From the IMG/VR virus record IMGVR_UViG_3300031237_000008, positions 1 through 49,782 of that record: 49,782 nt of DNA. One strand, 5' to 3'. Source of the DNA: a virus. The notes under the pieces are model-generated. The model searched no databases, was not told the origin of the DNA, and was given only the letters and a program-made list of their open reading frames with translations. Below, piece after piece: positions 42,323 through 49,778 of the stretch (its first letter is position 1; every line of letters starts with the position of its first letter). The position numbers were made by a program, and so were the translations under genes.

Positions 42323-42488
42323 TGGGTGGTGGCGGAGCCTCGGTATTTGGTTGCGCCCCGGTCGTATCTGCCACTACTCCCGGAGTCAAGTCAGCAATGC
42401 GTGCTTGCAGTTGCTCGATGCGGGCATGGGACGCCCGCAGGTCTACGAACAGCCTGCCGATGAGGGAATACAGCATGTCTTCTGTCAT
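42306..42488 (-). CDS. hypothetical coiled-coil protein
   Basis: Track ORF 42306-42530 trimmed to ATG 42488 (AAAGGA upstream). Confidence 0.45.
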   Translation of the reverse strand: MTEDMLYSLIGRLFVDLRASHARIEQLQARIADLTPGVVADTTGAQPNTEAPPPPSAEVQ

Positions 42489-42712
42489 TGGAACAATCCT
42501 TTCATGTAGCTGTATGCACGTTGATACCACGGTTGCGGTGGAGGTTCCGGCGCGGGGAATGCCAGCAGGAAGCGCCCATTCACCACGGAGATGAATACAT
42601 CATCCTTCAACTCGAACCACACACTCGGTACTGATTCGCACTGGCGCAGTAGAATCATCTCCAAGACATCGCGGCGGCGGGTAACGCGACCCCCACTGAC
42701 CAGGCGTTTCAT
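42485..42712 (-). CDS. hypothetical protein
   Basis: 75-aa ORF with 4-nt overlaps on both sides. Confidence 0.5.
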   Translation of the reverse strand: MKRLVSGGRVTRRRDVLEMILLRQCESVPSVWFELKDDVFISVVNGRFLLAFPAPEPPPQPWYQRAYSYMKGLFQ

Positions 42713-43200
42713 TTGCCACCACTCGGCGGTTTGATGTAAACACGGTAATAGAGTTCCACTGCCAGATTCACGTCACTGTCGCGGTATGGCAGGACTCGCT
42801 CCTTCAGCCATATCTTGGCCCACTCGCAAGCTTCGTCCCGGTGCCAGTTGTTGCCCAGAGTGCGCCCGCCGGGAGGGTGGGACGGGTCACGCTGCACCTT
42901 GCGGCAGCCAAACCGCGCCGCTTCTTGGATGTTGACGTGCAGCTTGGCCAGTAGTTCTGATTCCAGCGTGGGGTCTACGGGGATGTCTGAGGGGAACTGG
43001 TCGCCGCCCGTGACCGGCTCCGGGGGATTCTTGGACTCGATGATGGCCACTACCAAGGCAGCATCCACTTGCTTGCGGATGTCTTCTGACAAGATGCGGG
43101 ACAACCCCACCATGTCGAAGTTTACCGTGGTAGGGTGAACATCCAGCACCACCTGCTCCGATACCAAGTCACGAAACCATGCTCTCAGTCGTTTTCTCAT
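42709..43200 (-). CDS. hypothetical protein (position compatible with a small terminase, but no motif support)
   Basis: 163-aa ORF with an AGGA RBS. Confidence 0.6.
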   Translation of the reverse strand: MRKRLRAWFRDLVSEQVVLDVHPTTVNFDMVGLSRILSEDIRKQVDAALVVAIIESKNPPEPVTGGDQFPSDIPVDPTLESELLAKLHVNIQEAARFGCRKVQRDPSHPPGGRTLGNNWHRDEACEWAKIWLKERVLPYRDSDVNLAVELYYRVYIKPPSGGK

Positions 43201-43212
43201 AAAGTCATCCTA

Positions 43213-43818
43213 TCAGATGCCGCAGCCAACCATCATCAGGCTGTTTGTAGCGACTATCACCGGCTCGGCCTTGAATGTCACCGTCTCCGCGATGTTGAAG
43301 AAGCTGTCCCCCGTGGCGGCATCGGCGGCATCGTAAGTCAGGGTGCAAGTGCCATTTCCCATCGTTCCCACGTTGTTGATGTAGACCTTCAGAAGAATGC
43401 GGTCATCCTCTGCGAATGCCTGGTCCGTGACGTTTCCTGCCCATGTCATCTCAGTAGGAGTGGTTTTGGTAAACTCCACCCCATCGTCGAATGGCCCTCC
43501 GCCAAGTTCCGTTTCTACCCCCGCCGCCGTCCTGATGAATACCCTGTATCGCCCACCGGCATTGGTAGCCGACGCAGACTCATGTGCCCAGATGGAGATG
43601 TCGGTTGTGGTAAGCGTGAAGCCTCCGGCGGGCGTTCGACCACTGACCCACTGAATCAACGTACCCCCAGCAGTCTGTGTCCACTGGATGTTGCTCCCGC
43701 CAGAGGTAGCGGTGACGGCGGCAGTCGTGGAACCCGACCCCGCCGAAGTCACCATGTCGAAGTAGGTGGCCCCGATAAGATTGGCTTGCGTGCTGCGGAG
43801 AAACAATTTGGTGGCCAT
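43213..43818 (-). CDS. hypothetical beta-rich structural protein
   Basis: 201-aa ORF with an AAGGA RBS. Thr/Gly/Ala-rich composition. Confidence 0.7.
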   Translation of the reverse strand: MATKLFLRSTQANLIGATYFDMVTSAGSGSTTAAVTATSGGSNIQWTQTAGGTLIQWVSGRTPAGGFTLTTTDISIWAHESASATNAGGRYRVFIRTAAGVETELGGGPFDDGVEFTKTTPTEMTWAGNVTDQAFAEDDRILLKVYINNVGTMGNGTCTLTYDAADAATGDSFFNIAETVTFKAEPVIVATNSLMMVGCGI

Positions 43819-43994
43819 CAGTCCTTACCGTACCAGCGACCCACCCTCCACGGATGCCAGCCGCACAAAGTGAACCATGCCCTGCGCCATGGCGGAGTCG
43901 CCAGAACATCCAGCAATTGCCATGTATCCCGGCTGCGGTTACGCAGGGACTCTACTTGGCGTTTCAGCACATCTATCTCCTGCTCGACATTCAT
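43818..43994 (-). CDS. hypothetical small protein (58 aa, below the track cutoff)
   Basis: ATG 43994. TGATG overlap with the next gene. N-terminal coiled coil and a Trp/Arg-rich C-terminus. Confidence 0.4.
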   Translation of the reverse strand: MNVEQEIDVLKRQVESLRNRSRDTWQLLDVLATPPWRRAWFTLCGWHPWRVGRWYGKD

Positions 43995-44131
43995 GGCTAC
44001 AGGTTCTTTGCTAGGTACGCAGTTAGTCTAACGGCAGACGTTATATCATCACGAACAAAACCAAGCGCCCTGTTGCAATGAACACACAAAATATACTTCA
44101 GTTCTCGCCTTGTTCCTATGGCCACAATCGG

Positions 44132-45133
44132 TCATAAGTTTTTGACAAAAACCACATTGCAATCCACAGTTATACTGCCCGCAGATAGGGTAAGGGTCCA
44201 GGGCTTCGCGGCCACGGCCTGCGGCATAGGCGGATTGAAGTCAATCGCCAATCCGCCATTGGCGGCGAGGTCGTAAATGGCCCGAGTCGTCCCGGCGGTG
44301 TCATCCTTCAGGGTCACAAAACACGCCGTTGCGGTACGGTTGGTTATTACAAGGCTGGAAATATCGTTGAACACCCCGGCTCCGCCCGCTGTCACGATGG
44401 TAGTTTCCGCAGTGGTTGTGATGTTGGTGGTCTGTACCCCCACCAGGTCGCGGGTATGGCCGATGGTTGTGACCAGACGCCCAGCCTTGTCCGCCATGAT
44501 GCCGACCATATTCCCGCCAGTCGCGGAAGTGGGATTGGCGGTAGCGGCCCTGGCACCATTGAAAAGGGCGTTGGCAGGAACAGCCGCCCCGGTAGCAGCA
44601 TCGAAGATTGCCCCGGCATTGCCCAGCGCCCGCACAGTACCGATGACCTTGGTAGTCTCTGCCGCCAGAGTTGCGGCAGATTGCACAGCAAAAGTACCAG
44701 TGCCTACTACTTCGGCCTTCAGGTTGACGGCTGTCCCGGAGATGGCCGTGACTGTTCCGCTTACGGGTTGTGTTGCTTGCCAGAACGTGCCACTGACCGG
44801 CAAGGCAGTACCACTGGCGATACCCTGCACGGCCAGCACCGTGCCTGCCGTAGGAGTACCGGCAGCATCCCCGCCCGCAACGCGCAGGCTGGTGGCGGTA
44901 GCTTGGGTTGCGGTTACAGTGCCGCTGACGGGCTGGGTGGCCTGCCAGAATGTCCCGGATACAGGTTGCGTGGCCTGCCAGAAGGTTCCCGACACAGGAA
45001 CCGCGCTCTGGTTGCTGGCGATGACTACGGGCAGGGATGCGGCCATCAGTTGCTGGCCAGGAGTGTATTGGTCGAGGGAGGCTACATCTACCTTGCCCAA
45101 GTCGCGCAGGGCGCGGTCGGAGGGGTTGGTCAA
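44132..45133 (-). CDS. fibre-like structural protein with VSGTFWQATQP repeats
   Basis: 333-aa ORF from TTG 45133. The frame stays open upstream to 45304, and a strong AAGGGAG precedes ATC 45292. Two tandem 11-aa repeats plus one distant copy. Confidence 0.7.
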   Translation of the reverse strand: MTNPSDRALRDLGKVDVASLDQYTPGQQLMAASLPVVIASNQSAVPVSGTFWQATQPVSGTFWQATQPVSGTVTATQATATSLRVAGGDAAGTPTAGTVLAVQGIASGTALPVSGTFWQATQPVSGTVTAISGTAVNLKAEVVGTGTFAVQSAATLAAETTKVIGTVRALGNAGAIFDAATGAAVPANALFNGARAATANPTSATGGNMVGIMADKAGRLVTTIGHTRDLVGVQTTNITTTAETTIVTAGGAGVFNDISSLVITNRTATACFVTLKDDTAGTTRAIYDLAANGGLAIDFNPPMPQAVAAKPWTLTLSAGSITVDCNVVFVKNL

Positions 45134-45505
45134 CAGGCCGTTGGTATTGTCGGCGGTGAGTGCTGTGGCGGAACCAGCAGTAGCGATAGCCAGTTTGACT
45201 ATCTGTACATGGCCAGCCGCTACAGCATCATCAGTGGCAACCTTTGGGGTTGCATCACCAGAACCAGTCGCCGGTATTGTGACAGTTGAGATTGCCTTGC
45301 TCCCTTACTCCAGATTCTACGATATCTTACACGACGAGGCGAATCCATGTTCATCTTGCGGCGCATCAGGAATGGTCCGGTGGATGCCGGAGGGGGCGGC
45401 GGGCCACCACCACCTGCCCCGGCAAACAACAGTAACAGGCTCACAGAGAACCACCACGATTGCTGCGGCGGCTATCCCTCCGTGTTCCGCGTCTATGTTT
45501 CATGG

Positions 45506-45943
45506 TTATTCATAAAACGAGGCGTACACGACAGTGTTGCCGAAGCTGGGGTTCGTCCCGCCAACCACGGCCCTTACCCTCAGAAAGCAACCAAGTCCGA
45601 TAGCCTTGATACTGCCTGCGGCCAGGGCTTCTGTCTGTACAGCGGCGATGGAAGCTGCCCCGGTAACGAAATGGGCTATCTGGTTCGAGGTTGATGCAGT
45701 CACCTGAGTAAACGAAACGATATCCTGCCAGGTAGTGTTGTCGGGCAACAGTGTCTGGATATAGCAGTTCAGGGTAGGAGAGGTTCCGGTGACGGTTCCC
45801 ACGGTAAGCTGGAACAGCGCCGAGGTATATTTCTCGATGCCGGGAATCTTCGCTCCACTGGCAGACGCGGTCAGCGTGGCCGTAGTAAACAGGGTTGCAT
45901 TGAAGGATGCGGGGCTGCCAAGAGATACGGTTTCACCGGCCAT
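45506..45943 (-). CDS. virion structural protein, paralog of 31840-32292
   Basis: 145-aa ORF with a GAGGTGA RBS. Shares the VTGTSPTLN and GGTNPSF motifs. Confidence 0.7.
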   Translation of the reverse strand: MAGETVSLGSPASFNATLFTTATLTASASGAKIPGIEKYTSALFQLTVGTVTGTSPTLNCYIQTLLPDNTTWQDIVSFTQVTASTSNQIAHFVTGAASIAAVQTEALAAGSIKAIGLGCFLRVRAVVGGTNPSFGNTVVYASFYE

Positions 45944-46084
45944 CTTTCACCTCACGATACCAGCGCAGAGTGCTGTCACTCCACACTATACCACACAGTA
46001 AAGTGGCCGTGGCGGTATTCATCTCATTTGCAGCAATCCACCGGCAATCAGGATGGCTGACAGCCAGAATACAAAGCCCCACGC

Positions 46085-46507
46085 TTGGGCGGAGTAGAGA
46101 TACGCGCCGCTGTTTTGGAAACCGGGCAGCGCGTCTTGACGCAAAGTGACTTCATGCGCGCCCTTGGGCGTGCTCGCCAGGCCAAAGGGCGCGAGTATTA
46201 TGCGGGTGACGTCAACTTGCCCGCATTCTTGACGGCCCAGAATCTCAAGCAGTTTGTTTCCAAGGGCTTGGAGGTGACGTCTAGTCAGGTCGAATTCAAG
46301 CCGCTCAAGGGAAGCCGCGCCTTTGGCTATCCGGCCGAGTTGCTCCCCAAGGTCTGCGATGTTTTCTTGGACGCGGAGGAATCTGGCGTCCTGTTGCCAA
46401 ACCAAAAGCACATCGCCGCCCGCGCCAAGATCCTCATGCGTGGCCTGGCCCATGTTGGCATCATCGCGCTCGTTGATGAGGCTGCGCACCAATCTTGCGG
46501 AAGCTGA
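46085..46507 (+). CDS. P63C-domain protein, probably C-terminally truncated
   Basis: NLPAFLTAQNLKQFV...GYPAELLPKVCDVFLDAEESG...VGIIALVDEA matches the P63C pattern as I recall it. It lies opposite to the late operon and the reading frame ends right after ALVDEA. Confidence 0.45.
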   Translation: MGGVEIRAAVLETGQRVLTQSDFMRALGRARQAKGREYYAGDVNLPAFLTAQNLKQFVSKGLEVTSSQVEFKPLKGSRAFGYPAELLPKVCDVFLDAEESGVLLPNQKHIAARAKILMRGLAHVGIIALVDEAAHQSCGS

Positions 46508-46744
46508 CATCGAGGCCCTCTTTCGGGAAGCCCAGACCAAAGACGCTGCATACGCCTCCGGCTGTGGGATCGTTCACAACGTCAAGGATGTTAAGATCCC
46601 CAAGGACGCGACCATAGTGTCGCTGGTATTCGAGCGGCGGTAATGCATTCATCTCATTCATGCGTGCCTCGTATTTAACCCCCTGACACATACAATTGTA
46701 CAGTGAATCCGGGAATGCTCCCCAAACTAGGACATTCCGTTATC

Positions 46745-46978
46745 TTATCCCTTTCCGCGTATCAGTTGCCACGCTACTCCGAACATTGCGCTTAATGCGC
46801 CGATGACAGCCCCCCACATGCGCCCCTCCACCCGGTCCAGGCGGTCATTGGTCAACTTGACAAATCCCGTTTCCTCGTCCAACAACTTGACCTCCATCCG
46901 CAGGGTTCTCCGGTCAATCGCCGCAACCATATCCAGCAACTCTGACCTGGATTCGCTATCGCGGCGGTCGGGATTCAT
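46745..46978 (-). CDS. hypothetical membrane protein in the lysis cassette
   Basis: Track ORF 46745-47146 trimmed to ATG 46978 (ATGA overlap). C-terminal TM segment WGAVIGALSAMFGVAW. Confidence 0.55.
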   Translation of the reverse strand: MNPDRRDSESRSELLDMVAAIDRRTLRMEVKLLDEETGFVKLTNDRLDRVEGRMWGAVIGALSAMFGVAWQLIRGKG

Positions 46979-47163
46979 TTGGCCACGCCGCCGGGTTTGT
47001 CTGCCGAAACCGCCCGGACAGTCACCAGTCCCTGGATGATTGCGGCGAATCCCACATATGTGGCGTCCAGACGATGGGCGATAGCCAGCCCCGTACCGAC
47101 CACCAACAGCAACAGCGCCAGAAACATTGACCGCCCCCCGAACCACTCATAGACGCCGTTCAT
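46975..47163 (-). CDS. holin-like protein (two TM segments)
   Basis: 62-aa ORF with MFLALLLLVVGTGLAIA and YVGFAAIIQGLVTV. 4-nt overlaps with both neighbours. Confidence 0.6.
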   Translation of the reverse strand: MNGVYEWFGGRSMFLALLLLVVGTGLAIAHRLDATYVGFAAIIQGLVTVRAVSADKPGGVAK

Positions 47164-47813
47164 GGTAGCCGCTCCAATGTTGCCGGGTCCGGCAAATCCA
47201 TCTTGCGGTCTTTCAATAACCCGAAGGTGAGTATCTTGAGGATGAGTGGCCGCCTCTTCTGATTGGCATTGTACGCTTTAGTATACAACACAACAACTTT
47301 GTTGTAGGAAGCTATAGCGGCATCGCGCTGATGCTCGATGGCATCTATGCGCTGGTCTTGTGCGGAGACTTTGGCTTCGAGGGCGGTGACTTGCTCTTGG
47401 AGATTCTGGGAGTCAGCAAGAATCCCGTCCAGCCGCCTGAGTTGCGCGGGAGAGAGTGACGGCGCGGGCGCTTCTCCAAGTCTCTCAAGAATGTCAGCAA
47501 CGATTTTCTCATCTGGAAGGCTACGGATGGTCCCAGCGACAGTAACGCGCCGGGCGCGCAGGGTCGAAAGTTCGGCGTCTTTCTGGGCAATCTCGGCTTT
47601 CGCGGCATCATCGCGCTCCTGGTACTTTTTGAGTTCGGCCAGAAACAGCTGGCGGTCCTGCTCAAACTGCTGGCGGTCGGTTTCCAGTTGTTCCCGCGCA
47701 CCCTCGACCCGGCCAATCTCTTTGCCCTTGTTGTAGATGGACAGGGCGATGCCCGCCAAGATGATGACAACCACCGCCGCGCCAATCAACTTGGCCTGTA
47801 AGGAGGTAAACAT
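47160..47813 (-). CDS. spanin-like protein (N-terminal TM plus long coiled coil)
   Basis: 217-aa ORF with the LIGAAVVVIILAGIALSIY anchor followed by heptad-rich sequence. Directly after the endolysin. Confidence 0.7.
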   Translation of the reverse strand: MFTSLQAKLIGAAVVVIILAGIALSIYNKGKEIGRVEGAREQLETDRQQFEQDRQLFLAELKKYQERDDAAKAEIAQKDAELSTLRARRVTVAGTIRSLPDEKIVADILERLGEAPAPSLSPAQLRRLDGILADSQNLQEQVTALEAKVSAQDQRIDAIEHQRDAAIASYNKVVVLYTKAYNANQKRRPLILKILTFGLLKDRKMDLPDPATLERLP

Positions 47814-48283
47814 CAGACTACCCTCGCAAACGATTCGCCAGCCTTGGGGTCGAACTCGACATGGAGATGTTCATTGGTTTCACCGGGGGATTCCAAGACA
47901 ACATCATAGCCCATCGGCTCCAGCGTGATATCCATGAAATTGTAGAATAAGTCGCGCTGTATCCCGGAAAGGTGTTTGGTGCGCAAATCCACCGCCTCGC
48001 ACTGGCCGCTTGTGTTGTTGCGGGCATAATGTTTAGACTGGGCGGAGTGGCCGGAATCATCCAGGGACGTAATGACACAATCGAAGCCCCGCTGGGACAG
48101 CCAAGCCTGTGCCACGCCGCAGACAAGCGCCGTGTGGGCATTCAGTTGCTTGATAGCAACATGCGGTTTGTATCCGAGTGCCATTCCAATCCCATGGCCA
48201 GGCCGCGCTAGTGGGTAGTCAGCCCAGGCGGGAGCGCACTTTCGGGCGGAAGCCGCCACACCTGGCCATTTGCATTCTACCAT
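47813..48283 (-). CDS. endolysin, peptidase M15 family (zinc D,D- or L,D-peptidase)
   Basis: SGHSAQSKHY...CEAVD...EHLHVEF fits the H..D...H zinc-site pattern. ATG 48283 lies 6 nt after a -10 element (leaderless candidate). An alternative start is ATG 48184. Confidence 0.8.
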   Translation of the reverse strand: MVECKWPGVAASARKCAPAWADYPLARPGHGIGMALGYKPHVAIKQLNAHTALVCGVAQAWLSQRGFDCVITSLDDSGHSAQSKHYARNNTSGQCEAVDLRTKHLSGIQRDLFYNFMDITLEPMGYDVVLESPGETNEHLHVEFDPKAGESFARVV

Positions 48284-48289
48284 TATGGT

Positions 48290-48298
48290 ACTATATCA
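48290..48298 (-). promoter_or_regulatory. candidate extended -10 promoter of the late/lysis operon
   Basis: The minus strand reads TGaTATAGT, followed by accata and then ATG. Confidence 0.5.
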
Positions 48299-48603
48299 CC
48301 AAGATGGAGTTGCTCATCACCATATTACTCGGCGCAGTCATCCTGGCGCTGCTCGCACTCTACGCAGAAAAAGCAGGGCCACAACCATGATGTCAAGGAA
48401 AGTGAAAAGTACCACAAGTGAGCGGGGACGCCTTGCCACTTCCGTTGCGTGGCGCGCCCGGCGGGATGCTGGCCGGCCCGCGATTCTGGGACTCCCGAAC
48501 TTCGCGGCTACTTTGCGGCGTGCTATATATCAATGTGCAGCAACGCCATTGTGCATACATGGTGATAATGCAGCACGGGGAGGGGTGTGCATGAGGTATA
48601 TCA

Positions 48604-49062
48604 ATGAGTGATACACCACGCGCACGCGCAGTCAAGGGGCGCAAGGGCTTTCAGCCCGTGGCTATTGAGGAAAGACACCGTATAGCTGCGCGCAAGCTGG
48701 CCAATGGCGCGGCCATCATGCCCACAATGATAGAAGCCGGCTACTCGCCACATACTGCGGCGCATGGGGTAAATGGTATCAAGCGGTGCGGTCCACTGGC
48801 GCGGGCGGTCCAGGAACAGCTTATGTCTCAAAGTGATACAGTGGCACTACCGCCCGATCGGCAAGCCGTGTATATCCAGAATAAGCTGATGGAGAACGTA
48901 GCCCTCGGACGGGACCGGGCAGTGGGGTCTCTCACCACGCTAGCGCGCATCCGAAATATGCTCCAGCCCGAGGCTACTACCCTGGTACAGATCAACGTGG
49001 CTGCGCCCTCTGCTGCTGCTGGCCAATGGGATGATGGGGACAATGAGAAGGGGACGCCGTAG
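48604..49062 (+). CDS. HTH DNA-binding protein, terminase small subunit-like
   Basis: 152-aa ORF with a GAGGT RBS. ...MIEAGYSPHTAAHG... resembles the AGYS HTH of small terminases and regulators. The assignment is tentative. Confidence 0.7.
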   Translation: MSDTPRARAVKGRKGFQPVAIEERHRIAARKLANGAAIMPTMIEAGYSPHTAAHGVNGIKRCGPLARAVQEQLMSQSDTVALPPDRQAVYIQNKLMENVALGRDRAVGSLTTLARIRNMLQPEATTLVQINVAAPSAAAGQWDDGDNEKGTP

Positions 49063-49069
49063 CGTCCCC
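49050..49069. terminator. bidirectional hairpin terminator
   Basis: GGGGACGC-cgta-GCGTCCCC. The TAG stop of 48604-49062 overlaps the loop-to-3'-arm junction. On the minus strand the hairpin is followed by TTCTCATTG and lies after ORF 49091-49270. Confidence 0.55.
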
Positions 49070-49090
49070 GGTGTGAATCCCCGCTGTGGC

Positions 49091-49270
49091 CTAGTGAAGG
49101 CCGGGACAGAGCGGATCGCCTTGTTCCTGTATCATCCAGAACAGGGCACGCTGTAGGCAATGCATCCCGGCGCTCGACATCTTCATGCCGCCGATGTTCA
49201 AGCTGCACATGAAATGACGCATCCAGTGGACCGGGTGAGTTGCCGAGGGACAATTGAACGGGTTTTCCAT
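49091..49270 (-). CDS. hypothetical early protein (59 aa, below the track cutoff)
   Basis: AAGGAGGA RBS upstream of ATG 49270. Promoter at 49294-49323 upstream and a terminator downstream. Cys/His-rich. Confidence 0.5.
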   Translation of the reverse strand: MENPFNCPSATHPVHWMRHFMCSLNIGGMKMSSAGMHCLQRALFWMIQEQGDPLCPGLH

Positions 49271-49293
49271 GTATCCTCCTTGTAACTATGGCT

Positions 49294-49323
49294 ATCCTAG
49301 TCCCACCCCCTACCCCCTGTCAA
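49294..49323 (-). promoter_or_regulatory. sigma70-like leftward early promoter
   Basis: Minus strand reads TTGACA (49323-49318), an 18-nt spacer, then TAGGAT (49299-49294). Confidence 0.6.
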
Positions 49324-49409
49324 GGGAAAACCGCCCTCCGCTCCCATAAATCTTAGTAGATACCCTGCCAGCTGCTGCTGGCCAGTGGGATGACCAGGAC
49401 AATAAAGAA

Positions 49410-49427
49410 GGCCCGCCGTAGCGGGCC
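49410..49427 (-). terminator. rho-independent terminator
   Basis: GGCCCGC-cgta-GCGGGCC. On the minus strand it is followed by TTCTTTATT, downstream of ORF 49448-49726. Confidence 0.65.
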
Positions 49428-49447
49428 TGTGGTGTGTCGGTGCGTTC

Positions 49448-49726
49448 TTATGCGCAGATGCAGGCTTCCCGCGCGCTCCGGTCATTCGCCTTAGTGCAGG
49501 CGGGAGAGTGGGACGGTTGGGCGGCGATGCGCTCGGCATCCGCTACCGTTTGCAGGTGTGGATTGCCTTCGCCATACCGCGCCATGTACTCCGCGCCGCG
49601 CCTTGTGCGGAACGGTCCGATAACCGCGTTATAGCTTACGCCGATTCCCTCGACTGGCGTGCGGGCAGAGCGGAACACTTCCCGCCCCGTGGTGTCTAAC
49701 CCGACGTAGTACCTCATCTTCGCCAT
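49448..49726 (-). CDS. hypothetical early protein
   Basis: 92-aa ORF with an AAGGAGGA RBS. Promoter at 49749-49778 and terminator at 49410-49427. Confidence 0.65.
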   Translation of the reverse strand: MAKMRYYVGLDTTGREVFRSARTPVEGIGVSYNAVIGPFRTRRGAEYMARYGEGNPHLQTVADAERIAAQPSHSPACTKANDRSAREACICA

Positions 49727-49748
49727 ATATGTATCCTCCTTGACTGCT

Positions 49749-49778
49749 ATCCTAGTCCTGCTCCCTGTAGCCTGTCAA
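49749..49778 (-). promoter_or_regulatory. sigma70-like leftward early promoter (its -35 lies inside the terminal overlap)
   Basis: Minus strand reads TTGACA (49778-49773), an 18-nt spacer, then TAGGAT (49754-49749). Confidence 0.6.

Noticed and set aside
44277-45515. A 412-aa + strand ORF. Similar long shadow ORFs occur at 38180-39124, 43135-44031, 21746-22606, 23639-24427, 19666-20379, 27158-27781, 28460-29098, 41831-42463, 40607-41284, 37375-37989, 12137-12772, 11884-12486 and 6593-7168.
   Set aside because: Each lies antisense to, or frame-shifted within, a gene with clear motifs or operon coupling. Their translations are low-complexity (Ala/Arg/Gly/Pro/Ser-rich) and they have no RBS. These are typical GC-driven shadow ORFs.
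46019-46540. A 173-aa minus-strand ORF with a hydrophobic C-terminus, as an additional lysis or structural gene.
   Set aside because: It is the exact antisense of the P63C-like coding sequence and has no RBS at its start. It is kept only as an alternative within the strand-switch island finding.
47345-47785. An embedded o-spanin (Rz1-like) ORF in the +1 frame of the spanin-like gene.
   Set aside because: The 146-aa overlapping ORF has no signal peptide or lipobox Cys context. It is Arg/Ser/Pro-rich shadow sequence.
48828-49253. A 141-aa minus-strand ORF.
   Set aside because: It is antisense to the RBS-supported gene 48604-49062 and runs through the bidirectional terminator. The shorter 49091-49270 ORF, in another frame, has the promoter, RBS and terminator.
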